A stretch of DNA of 48,943 nucleotides from Thermoanaerobaculia bacterium (GTDB lineage: Bacteria; Acidobacteriota; Thermoanaerobaculia; Gp7-AA8), in assembly GCA_034663965.1 (NCBI GenBank), contig JAXDIO010000291.1:1-48943 (forward strand). Reading direction: 5' to 3'. The position numbers and the translations under genes are program-made. Position 1 is the stretch's first letter. Each line of letters opens with the position of its first letter. Positions 40,202 to 48,256 of the stretch are shown piece after piece. The notes under the pieces were generated by a model. The model was given only the letters and a program-made list of their open reading frames with translations. It made no database searches and was not told where the DNA came from.

Positions 40202-42058
40202 ATGAACCCGAAGCAAACCCGCCTCGCGCCGTTCGCGGCGATTCTCCTACTGCTCCTTTTCATCCTAGCCACCGCTGCGCCGGCCTCGGCTCAGGACGCC
40301 ATTACTGTCGGCACCGTGACCGCTAGCGGTAACACTGTTGATGTTCCCGTTTACGTGCGCGATGTCGCAGGTACGCCCTTGGGAATTGATCAGCCTGTCG
40401 GTTCGAAGATTCAGGCTTTCAGCATCAAGGTCATCTATGCGCCGACGGCTGCGGTGCAGTCGGTCACGTTCGCCAAAGCCGGAATCACAGCGGGATTGAA
40501 TGGCAATGAGAACTCAGCGAATCCGTCCGGCAGTATCTCCTGGATCGCAAGCTTTCAGGAATCGACAAACCTCATCCCTTTCACACTGAACGCTCCCGCT
40601 CCGGGCGATCAGGTAGCTCATCTCGTCTTTACCCTCTCACCATCTGCTGCGCCAGGCTCCTCGATTAGTCTCACGCTCGATCCGTCGCTGACGGAGCTCA
40701 TCAATGACAGCGGGACGAAGGGCGAATTTCCGCCCGGCGCACTTACCCTGGTCAATGGCGCGATCAACATCCCCAATCTGACGCTGCAGATCGTTCCGAA
40801 CAACCGGGTGATCGAGGTGAATGAATCGACGACGTACACGGTGCAGACCAGCGCCAACGTCGGGTCGAACACGACTGTGACGCTTTCATCTTCGAATCCC
40901 GGTATCGCCACGATGCCGCCATCGGTGGACATCGCCGCCGGCTTGCATTCTGCAAATTTCACCGTCATCGGCTCCGCAGTCGGCGCAGCCACGATCACCG
41001 CCACGCTGCCGGCTGGCGCAGGCGGTGCGAATGCAACCGCGGAGTTGACCGTCAATCCGGCCACCGTTCCCTGCACGATTCCGACAGCGCCGCAGATCAG
41101 CGCTCCGGCAACCGCCAGCACCGGCACGCAGTACAGCGTCAGTTGGGCGGCGGTGAGCGATGCCACCGGCTACTCCGTCGACGAATCGACCGACGCGAAT
41201 TTCCTGACCGTGACCACCGCCAACGTGGCTACCACCTCCGCGTCGTTCACGCACGCGGCGGCGAATCGCTACTACTACCGCGTTCGCGCTCGCAATCAGA
41301 GCACCGGTTGCAACACGTTCTCGCTCAACTCGAACGTCGTCTCGGTGCTCGTCAGCGTCGCGCCGGTCGCGCAAACGCGCATCCTCCCGGTCGTCGGCTC
41401 CGTGCCCGGCAATTTCGGCGCGTACTTCAAAACCTCCGTTCAGCTCTACAACGCGAAGAGCAGCGCCGTGTCGGGGAAGATCGTCTTCCACACGCAGGCA
41501 GTGTCGGGATCGTCGAACGATCCGTCGCTCGCGTATTCGATTCCGGCAGGCAAGAGTCTCTCGTACGCCGACCTCCTCCCCGCGATGGGCATCGCCAGCG
41601 GACTCGGAAGCGCGGACGTTGTCGCCGACGCCGGCTCGCCGTTCCCGGTGCTGCTCGCGCGCGTCTTCAACGACGCCGGCGCGGCCGGAACGACCGGGCT
41701 CGCGCTCGAGCCGATGGCCACATCTGACGCGCTGCAGAACGGCGACACCGGAGTGCTGATCGCTCCGGCGGACGCGCGTTTCCGTCTCAACATCGGCGTG
41801 CGCACGCTGGAGCAGGGCGTGGCCTTCAATTTGACCGTTCGTAACAAAGACGGCGTGGCGGTGAAAACGACGGCGAAGAGTTTCGGACCGACGTTCTTCC
41901 GCCAGATCGGATCAACCGAAATTCTCGACGGCTACGCACTCGCCGGCGGCGAGACGATCACGATCCAGATCACATCCGGCAGCGCCTTCGTCTACGGGTC
42001 AACGACCGACAACACCACGCAGGATCCCAGCGTGCAGTTCGCGAAAAAGGTGGAGTAG
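40202..42058 (+). CDS. Secreted cohesin-like + Big_2-like + FN3-like protein with an unassigned ~225-aa C-terminal domain
   Basis: Signal peptide ...ATAAPASAQD. The N-terminal domain is paralogous to 39380..40066. VTLSSSNPGIATMPPSV...ATITATL (Big_2-like). YSVSWAAVSDATGYSVDEST...YYYRVRARN (FN3-like). ATG 40202 is preferred to the ORF-track start 40157, which is a non-ATG codon (ttg). Confidence 0.75.
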   Translation: MNPKQTRLAPFAAILLLLLFILATAAPASAQDAITVGTVTASGNTVDVPVYVRDVAGTPLGIDQPVGSKIQAFSIKVIYAPTAAVQSVTFAKAGITAGLNGNENSANPSGSISWIASFQESTNLIPFTLNAPAPGDQVAHLVFTLSPSAAPGSSISLTLDPSLTELINDSGTKGEFPPGALTLVNGAINIPNLTLQIVPNNRVIEVNESTTYTVQTSANVGSNTTVTLSSSNPGIATMPPSVDIAAGLHSANFTVIGSAVGAATITATLPAGAGGANATAELTVNPATVPCTIPTAPQISAPATASTGTQYSVSWAAVSDATGYSVDESTDANFLTVTTANVATTSASFTHAAANRYYYRVRARNQSTGCNTFSLNSNVVSVLVSVAPVAQTRILPVVGSVPGNFGAYFKTSVQLYNAKSSAVSGKIVFHTQAVSGSSNDPSLAYSIPAGKSLSYADLLPAMGIASGLGSADVVADAGSPFPVLLARVFNDAGAAGTTGLALEPMATSDALQNGDTGVLIAPADARFRLNIGVRTLEQGVAFNLTVRNKDGVAVKTTAKSFGPTFFRQIGSTEILDGYALAGGETITIQITSGSAFVYGSTTDNTTQDPSVQFAKKVE

Positions 42059-42181
42059 GCAATCCAAGAGCAGACGACATCGCCGGTGGATAAGCGACAG
42101 GAACGACGTCTGCCGCCGCTCCCCCTTCGCCGGGTCTCGACCAACAAATCAGCCCAAACGACACCTATTCGGATTTTCTAA

Positions 42182-42406
42182 CTAACCCCGACTCCTCGCG
42201 CTTATGAGTAAGACGACCAACGCGGCGCCGAGGACGATCGAGCCGACGACTGCCGATGACCACATCAGCGCACATCGACGGCAGTGCGCGTCCGCGTACG
42301 CAACACTCATCGATCCTGCCATCAGAAAGCCCATGAACGCGTACAAGCTTGCGGGGACCGCGATCACGATCCCGATCCATGCGTACGGTCTCAGCCGTTC
42401 GTTCAT
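42182..42406 (-). CDS. Small 2-TM membrane protein, possible orphan immunity protein
   Basis: 74-aa ORF with two hydrophobic helices, in lower-GC context directly downstream of 42414..42629. Confidence 0.4.
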   Translation of the reverse strand: MNERLRPYAWIGIVIAVPASLYAFMGFLMAGSMSVAYADAHCRRCALMWSSAVVGSIVLGAALVVLLISARSRG

Positions 42407-42413
42407 GAGGTTC

Positions 42414-42629
42414 TCAGAAGTAACGCTTGCCGTTATCGCCCGGAGGAGACGGATACTGCTTCGAGCACTTCTTCTTGCACTTGTTCAGGATATCGTTCGC
42501 CCAGCTTTGACATTGCTTCCAAGGTGCCACACGCCGTTCGTCGGTCCCCAAACCGTTGCTGTCTATCAACGTCGCATCGACAGACTTCTCGTCAACATCA
42601 CTGATCCGGAGGTGCTGATCCTTCAGCAC
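42414..42629 (-). CDS. Small Lys/Cys-rich hypothetical protein, possible orphan RHS C-terminal tip fragment
   Basis: Contains LIDSNGLG, which resembles the DPxGL junction, then 50 aa ending CKKKCSKQYPSPPGDNGKRYF. Weak call. Confidence 0.3.
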   Translation of the reverse strand: MLKDQHLRISDVDEKSVDATLIDSNGLGTDERRVAPWKQCQSWANDILNKCKKKCSKQYPSPPGDNGKRYF

Positions 42630-42685
42630 CGCTTCGAGCGTCGCATTCCTACGTTCGGCCGTCGCACTAAAGCCAACGCCAAGCC

Positions 42686-42991
42686 TTATTCAGCGGCCCA
42701 CGCCAGAAAGATGTCGAGGATCTCTGCAAGCGTGGTCACGTCACCCGCGCCGTTGAACGTGTTTTCCTCCACGTAGCAGCGCAGCCACGGCGGTTGTGGG
42801 TCGCTCGACAGATCACCGCGTTTGACTTCATCGAAGGGCTTACTTTCGAGTGTCGTTCCCCGGAGGCTGATCTTCAACCACCACCCAGGATTGTCAGTCG
42901 ACCGGACAGAGATGCCGTGATCGTGCTCCCATTCCCCGTCGCACTGCTTGGCGAACCATGCCTGCAACTGCTGCAAGGTATCCGAGCGCAT
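42686..42991 (-). CDS. Imm53-family polymorphic-toxin immunity protein
   Basis: LQAWFAKQCDGEWEHDHGISVRSTDNPGWWLKISLRGT...LAEILDIFLAW matches my recollection of the Imm53 hallmark (CDGxWEH...DNPGW). Confidence 0.7.
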   Translation of the reverse strand: MRSDTLQQLQAWFAKQCDGEWEHDHGISVRSTDNPGWWLKISLRGTTLESKPFDEVKRGDLSSDPQPPWLRCYVEENTFNGAGDVTTLAEILDIFLAWAAE

Positions 42992-45900
42992 ACGTGATCA
43001 CAAGCATCCACCGAGCACCCACGTGTACCTGCAGTATCCAGGCCATTCTTGGACGACACGGCGGACAGCGCCGATTCAGAGCGTCGTACGTCCTCGCCGT
43101 CGTCGCGTTGTTCGCGTCCGTCACGGTGCTGAGGTTGCCTGCGGCATCGTATGCGTAAGTGGTGACGCCCGTGACGGCACTTGTCTGCCTGATCATGCGG
43201 CCGAAGTCATCGTAGACGTACGACGTCAGGTTGCCGTTGGGGTCCGTTACGGACGTGAGATTGCCGAGGACATCGTAGGCGTAAGCGGTCGCGATCTGGC
43301 CTCCTGGCGCTGAGGACAGTGTTTGCATTACCGAGGCGAGGCGATTCGCAGGATCGTACGCGTAAGACGTATTTGGCGCCGTGTGCCGTTCGTCCTGAAC
43401 GCTGACGAGATTGTTGGCGCCGTCGTAGTGGTAGACGATCTTGCTGCCGTCAGGATGATCGATCTCGCGCAAACGCGCGAACGAGTCATACAGGAATGCG
43501 TCCGAGCGCGTCATTGTCCATGCGCCGGGATGTCCGCCGAGGTAGCGTTCGGCAGATTTGTGACCGGTGGCCGGGTCGTAGTCGTATTCGATCCGTTCAT
43601 AGGCGGTCGCGGATACCTGGCGCGTCGTTGCCGTCGTTCGGCCGCGGTCGTCGTACTCGAAGGTTGTAGCTCCGCCTCCAGGCGTGGTTGTCGAGGCGAT
43701 CGGACCGAGCGCGGGCTGATAGGTGCGGGAGTTGACGATGTCGGTTCCACACAGGGGATCGGCGCCCGTATCGCATCCAGACACGCCCTTCAGCGTCGAG
43801 GTGATCAGGCGCCCGATCGTGTCGTATGAGGATTCCGTCGCTATGCCATTTGGATCAACTGTGCGGCCTGCGTTGCCGAAGACGTCGTAATTTTCAAAGC
43901 GGGTGATGTGTCCCGCGGCGTTTCGTAACGCGGCGAGATGTCCGCGCCATGTTGCAGGGACGGCAGTGTCAATCGGGTAGTACACCGATGTCGTTGTGTC
44001 AGTGACGTCGGTGCGGGGACCATCGCTGACCTTCCGAAGGCCGCTGGGTTGGGAAAGGGTCAACCACGCCGCGTTGAATGCACCTCCCGGATTGAACGCC
44101 GCGGCTTCGGTGCCGTTGTACAGGCTCGTGTTCGACGTGTACTGGACTTGTTGCGCAGGGTTGCCGGTCTCTCCTGTCGTGACCTGCTGGGTGATCGCGC
44201 CCGTAGCTGGATCGAGTTGAATCGCCACGGTGCGGACCTGATTGAGATCGAGCACGCTGGCCGTCGAAGTGACGGTTGCAATATCGGGCCAGTTGGCGTC
44301 GCCGTAGGTGTAGCTCGTCGTCAATGTCGAAGATGTTGGCGTGAGATCGACCGTGAGTAACGACGTGGGCGTCTGCCTGCAGTGGCCTGCGTCGTTGGCC
44401 GGATCACAACCGGTAGGGCGGTAAGGACCGCTGAGGGTGGTGACGCGGTCGTTCGCATCAAACTCGCGCACGCTGATGTAGCCTCGGGAATCCTGCTCCC
44501 GAAGGAGATGTCCATTCAGCAGATCGTAGGCGTATACGGCGTCGTTTGTTCCGCAGGTTGCACAGTGGCCGATGATCTGCACCGTCCGCGGACGTCCGGC
44601 GATGATTCGAGTGTAGTACTCGGTAACCGCGCCAGTACCTGACGTTGTTCGGGTGAGCGTTTCGGAGGGGTCGCGTCCATCTGTGTAGTCGATCGAGGTA
44701 ATGTCGTCCTGATCTGATATCGATGACGTCGCGCGTGGTGCCAGGCCCGCGTAATCATGAGACTCCATCAGAGATCCGCGGGCGTCGTACGCTGCCGTGA
44801 GACCATTGTTGTACTCGTACCTTCGCCACGCCGCTCCCGAAGGTCCTGTCACATTCACGAGATTACCGCTGCCATCGTAAGTGTAGGTCCAGGCCAGCGA
44901 GGTACCGTCGATGGCGATGGAGTTGATCCGGTTTGCAGTATCGGGCGTGATCGTCCAGCCCCAATTGCCCCAGGAGTCGGTCACATGTGATGGAACGCCG
45001 CTGGCATCGTAAGAAATGACTACGTCGCGGCCACCGGCGGCCCGAGAATGTACGCGCAACACGCGTCCGGATCCCGCGTCAAAAATCGTCTCTGTTGCAC
45101 TGCGAGGTTCGCGCAGCGTGAATGTGCCCGCGCCCGGAATGAGGATGGCCGGCGTACTCCCCCGGGGCCACATCTGAAGCCAGCCGCCATCGACGTTCTG
45201 AAAAAGGTACTGGGAACTCGCGGCGGTTCTCACTTCGAGAAAGGTCGTGCCGAGGGTCTGCGATTGGTACGTCCGCATCTTTGCGTCGAAGAGACTCTTC
45301 CAGCCGTTTCCGAAGAATCCCCCGCCGCCCTGGCGATCGTAGGTTCGCATGAGCGGGGCGAAGTCGCTTCCCGGCAACGCATCGCGGTCGGTCATGCGCA
45401 TGTTGCCGTTGGCTAATCGGATCGGTTTTCCTGCGCAAAACGAACAGGACGAACCTGACGATGCATCTCCCGACCCTGGACATTCATTGTCGCCGCTGTT
45501 GAGGACCGTGGAAACCTTTCTATCCCCGCATGCCACGACAGTCAGCATTACCATCGTTGAGTCGGAACCGTCGGGCCAAGCGCTGAATCCCACCGTTTGG
45601 TGCCCTGTGAGGTTGTGGTCGCCGGGAAAATAGCCTGGGGATGTCGAGCTTCCGAGACGTTCGACAACTAAGCCGTTATCGGTCCATGCCGAGTCAGCGT
45701 CATATTTTACTTCGCCAAAAATCTCATATGGCGCTGGGTTAATGGCGTTTACGGCTGTGATCGAAGGAGTGTGGTCAAAGTCAAAGGTCTTTGTCTCGAT
45801 GTACGGCGGGTCATCCGGAACACCGCATTCTCCATTTTCTTCGTTTACTTTGGAGCAGGTAACGCTCATAGACCAGGAGTGGGTTCCCTGGAGGCATGAG

Positions 45901-46211
45901 TAACACAACCCACCACTGATCCCTGATTGCGAGCACGGCGAATGGGGACAAGTTATTTGAGGGACAAACGCGTTGTCGTCAAATCTTAGTGACACTTGAA
46001 CTGCGCTGTTGGGACACGCTGACGAACTCCCTGTGATAGACAGTGTGAGGCAGGACGGGTTTGCCGTCTTTGTCAACGTGAGTGACCCCGTGCACGTGGC
46101 TTGGGCAGGCGACGCGAGTAGCAGCAGAGCAGCTACGCCTACAGTGCAAATGACATATCGCACGAACGCTTGAAACGGTGCAGCAATCGTCGTAGGAATT
46201 ACTGTGCGCAC
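42894..46211 (-). CDS. RHS/YD-repeat protein, 3'-truncated. Signal peptide, Cys-rich N-terminal domain and about 800 aa of RHS repeats are present, but there is no core-closing DPxGL and no toxin tip. Homology ends near 43050.
   Basis: Collinear with the + strand RHS up to ...DANNATTARTYDALNR. A 1-nt frameshift near 43070 is followed by 7 more homologous codons (ALSAVSS). The rest of the ORF tail is read-through across the Imm53 gene in another frame. Confidence 0.75.
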   Translation of the reverse strand: MRTVIPTTIAAPFQAFVRYVICTVGVAALLLLASPAQATCTGSLTLTKTANPSCLTLSITGSSSACPNSAVQVSLRFDDNAFVPQITCPHSPCSQSGISGGLCYSCLQGTHSWSMSVTCSKVNEENGECGVPDDPPYIETKTFDFDHTPSITAVNAINPAPYEIFGEVKYDADSAWTDNGLVVERLGSSTSPGYFPGDHNLTGHQTVGFSAWPDGSDSTMVMLTVVACGDRKVSTVLNSGDNECPGSGDASSGSSCSFCAGKPIRLANGNMRMTDRDALPGSDFAPLMRTYDRQGGGGFFGNGWKSLFDAKMRTYQSQTLGTTFLEVRTAASSQYLFQNVDGGWLQMWPRGSTPAILIPGAGTFTLREPRSATETIFDAGSGRVLRVHSRAAGGRDVVISYDASGVPSHVTDSWGNWGWTITPDTANRINSIAIDGTSLAWTYTYDGSGNLVNVTGPSGAAWRRYEYNNGLTAAYDARGSLMESHDYAGLAPRATSSISDQDDITSIDYTDGRDPSETLTRTTSGTGAVTEYYTRIIAGRPRTVQIIGHCATCGTNDAVYAYDLLNGHLLREQDSRGYISVREFDANDRVTTLSGPYRPTGCDPANDAGHCRQTPTSLLTVDLTPTSSTLTTSYTYGDANWPDIATVTSTASVLDLNQVRTVAIQLDPATGAITQQVTTGETGNPAQQVQYTSNTSLYNGTEAAAFNPGGAFNAAWLTLSQPSGLRKVSDGPRTDVTDTTTSVYYPIDTAVPATWRGHLAALRNAAGHITRFENYDVFGNAGRTVDPNGIATESSYDTIGRLITSTLKGVSGCDTGADPLCGTDIVNSRTYQPALGPIASTTTPGGGATTFEYDDRGRTTATTRQVSATAYERIEYDYDPATGHKSAERYLGGHPGAWTMTRSDAFLYDSFARLREIDHPDGSKIVYHYDGANNLVSVQDERHTAPNTSYAYDPANRLASVMQTLSSAPGGQIATAYAYDVLGNLTSVTDPNGNLTSYVYDDFGRMIRQTSAVTGVTTYAYDAAGNLSTVTDANNATTARTYDALNRRCPPCRPRMAWILQVHVGARWMLVITYALGYLAAVAGMVRQAVRRGMGARSRHLCPVD

Positions 46212-46463
46212 AATGGTTATGCGGGACTCCTTAGTCAGGCTAGGGTTGCGTTTATGATGATTAAGGCGTCATTATGCCACAGCTAGTGGCTGGAGCGGCA
46301 AGGATTGGGAAGCCGTTGAGTGGTGCATTTCGGTAAGGCCATCCTGACGACTGCGCGGAGGACATTGATCGCGCCGGCTGATCTAAGAGGCATGGACGCC
46401 TCCTTGGCAGCCCCCCTTCGCGCCACGCCAAAGCCCGTCGTGCCGCATCGCGTCAACGCCGAA

Positions 46464-46526
46464 GTTGAATGTTGAATGAACGCCACGGATCACCCCCGCG
46501 CCGTTGAACATTGAAACTCAACATTG
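46464..46526. repeat. Short GTTGAAT heptad palindrome just downstream of the exbD stop
   Basis: gttgaatgttgaatg / spacer / gttgaacattgaaactcaacattg. Confidence 0.7.
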
Positions 46527-46528
46527 CC

Positions 46529-46954
46529 TTACTTCGTCGGCGGATCGGTTAGGAAGCCAACCTTCTTCGCGCCTGCCTCGTGCGCGGCGTCCATCGCTTC
46601 GATGGCGCGGTCGAAGGGCACCGTGTCGTCGGCGTTGATGAAGACGACGCGGTCGTTGACGGGGCGCGAGAGCATCTGTGGCGCGAGCGCGTCGCGGAGC
46701 GCTTTTGCGTCGCCCAGTTTCTGCGTGTTGAGATAGATCCCGTCCGTGCGGACGGTGACTACGAGCTGGTTCTGTTCCGAGGGCGGCGGCGCGCCGGTCA
46801 CCTCGACCTTCGGCGGCACCTCGACGTCGAGTCCCATCTGCAGGATCGGCGTGGCCACCATGAAGATGATGAGCAGCACCAGCACCACGTCGACCAGCGG
46901 CGTGATGTTGATTTCGGATCGAACTCCGTGGCTGGAGCCAGCGGACATGGACAT
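46529..46954 (-). CDS. exbD: Biopolymer transporter ExbD/TolR (second copy in the operon)
   Basis: EINITPLVDVVLVLLIIFMV signature, followed by a periplasmic domain. Confidence 0.9.
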   Translation of the reverse strand: MSMSAGSSHGVRSEINITPLVDVVLVLLIIFMVATPILQMGLDVEVPPKVEVTGAPPPSEQNQLVVTVRTDGIYLNTQKLGDAKALRDALAPQMLSRPVNDRVVFINADDTVPFDRAIEAMDAAHEAGAKKVGFLTDPPTK

Positions 46955-46970
46955 GTGCTTTTACCTCGCT

Positions 46971-47058
46971 GGGCGTGGGGAGTAGGGGGTGGGGGGTGGG
47001 AGAACTGCCGAACTGAATTTTCCGATCTCCCACACCCCACTCCCTACACCCCACTCCC
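46971..47058. repeat. G-rich heptad-armed palindrome (TGGGGAG TAGGGGG TGGGGGG TGGGAGA / spacer / complement) between the two exbD genes
   Basis: Read directly. Arm mismatches fall at heptad position 6. Confidence 0.85.
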
Positions 47059-47064
47059 TTCGTT

Positions 47065-47511
47065 TCACTTTCCTTGTTGCGCGATCTGTTTTCCGGCCAT
47101 CTGGTTTTCGGTCAGGAACGATACGGCTGTGAAGTCGGCATCGTTCGCGGCTTTCATCACCATACGTACCTTGCCGAAGTTGATGCGCTTGTCGGCTTTC
47201 ACCATCACGTTGCGGCCCGCGTTCTTGTCGTGCTCGGCCTTCATGTAGCGTGGCAGGTCGCGGTCGGGAATCCAGTCCTGGCCGATGAAGACCGTGCCGT
47301 CCACCTTGATCGACACGATCAGGTCGGACTCCTTGCCCGGCTTCTTCTCCGAGTGCGCGCCTTGCGGCAGCGCGACGTCGACACCTGACTGCAGCATCGG
47401 CGTGACCACCATGAAGATGATCAGGAGCACGAGACAGACGTCGACCAGCGGCGTGACGTTGATGTCTCCTTTGACTTCGTCGGGGCTTCCGCCCCCAGCG
47501 CCGAATGCCAT
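47065..47511 (-). CDS. exbD: Biopolymer transporter ExbD/TolR (first copy)
   Basis: DINVTPLVDVCLVLLIIFMV signature. Confidence 0.9.
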   Translation of the reverse strand: MAFGAGGGSPDEVKGDINVTPLVDVCLVLLIIFMVVTPMLQSGVDVALPQGAHSEKKPGKESDLIVSIKVDGTVFIGQDWIPDRDLPRYMKAEHDKNAGRNVMVKADKRINFGKVRMVMKAANDADFTAVSFLTENQMAGKQIAQQGK

Positions 47512-47520
47512 CCTCGACTC

Positions 47521-48240
47521 CTAGCGAACCGTTGCTGAGCTGGCGCGAACGCGCGCCTCGTTCTTGATGAAGTAGTCGATGAGCTGGGATGACGAGTTCG
47601 ACATCTCCACCTGAAAGCGTTCGACCTTGTTGAGGAAGTAGTTGTAGAGCCAGACCGCCGGGATGGCCACGAAGAGTCCGAACGCGGTCGTGACGAGCGC
47701 TTCGGCGATACCGGCCGAAACGGCGCCGAGTCCGCCCGACCCGCTGATGGCCATGCCCTGGAAGGCGTGGATGATGCCGGCCACGGTGCCGAACAGGCCG
47801 ACGAACGGAGCGGTCGTGGAGATCGTGGCCAGATTGCCGAGGCCTTTTTTCATCTCCGCGGTGGTCATGAGCGACTCACGTTCGATGGCGCGTTGGCCTG
47901 AGGCCACGATGTCAAAGTCGTCGGGCAGCGTCTGCGTCGACTCGTATTGAAACTCGGTCAGCCCGGCACGCAGCACGCGCGCTAGGTGCGAGTGGCGGTA
48001 GCGCTTATCGCTGGCGAGTGTGATCGCTTCCTCGAGCTTGTGCTGCTTGAGCAGCGGCGTGACGCCGAGAGCGATGCCGAGCGATTCGCGCTTCGCGCGT
48101 TGAAAACGAATCAGCCGTTCGATGGCGATGGTCAGCGACCAGATCGACATCAGCGCCAGCACGACCACGACGCCTTTCGCGACCCAGTTCATGGTCGCCC
48201 ACATTCCGAGGAGGCTGAAATTACTGTTCATCCCGTCCAT
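47521..48240 (-). CDS. exbB: MotA/TolQ/ExbB proton-channel protein
   Basis: Three TM helices; TTAPFVGLFGTVAGIIHAF...AGIAEALVTTAFGLFVAIPA. Confidence 0.9.
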   Translation of the reverse strand: MDGMNSNFSLLGMWATMNWVAKGVVVVLALMSIWSLTIAIERLIRFQRAKRESLGIALGVTPLLKQHKLEEAITLASDKRYRHSHLARVLRAGLTEFQYESTQTLPDDFDIVASGQRAIERESLMTTAEMKKGLGNLATISTTAPFVGLFGTVAGIIHAFQGMAISGSGGLGAVSAGIAEALVTTAFGLFVAIPAVWLYNYFLNKVERFQVEMSNSSSQLIDYFIKNEARVRASSATVR

Positions 48241-48256
48241 TACTTCTCTCCTTTTC

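Noticed and set aside
42204-42776. 190-aa plus-strand ORF across the small-gene region downstream of the Imm53 gene
   Set aside because: It is antisense to three better-supported minus-strand ORFs (including part of the Imm53 gene), has a low-complexity Arg/Ala/Thr composition, and carries no motif.
27835-46211. The two RHS genes as inverted repeats that could invert the 33-43 kb segment or swap toxin tips by homologous recombination
   Set aside because: The best-conserved stretch I compared (around LTSVTDPNGN...YAYDAAGN) is only about 70% identical at the DNA level, with no long identical run. Homologous recombination between the two genes is unlikely. The idea is kept only as context.
46283-46486. 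67-aa minus-strand ORF in the 317-nt gap upstream of RHS2
   Set aside because: It has no motif, atypical composition and no RBS. The gap more likely holds the RHS2 promoter and leader, plus the terminator-side repeat of the exbD operon.
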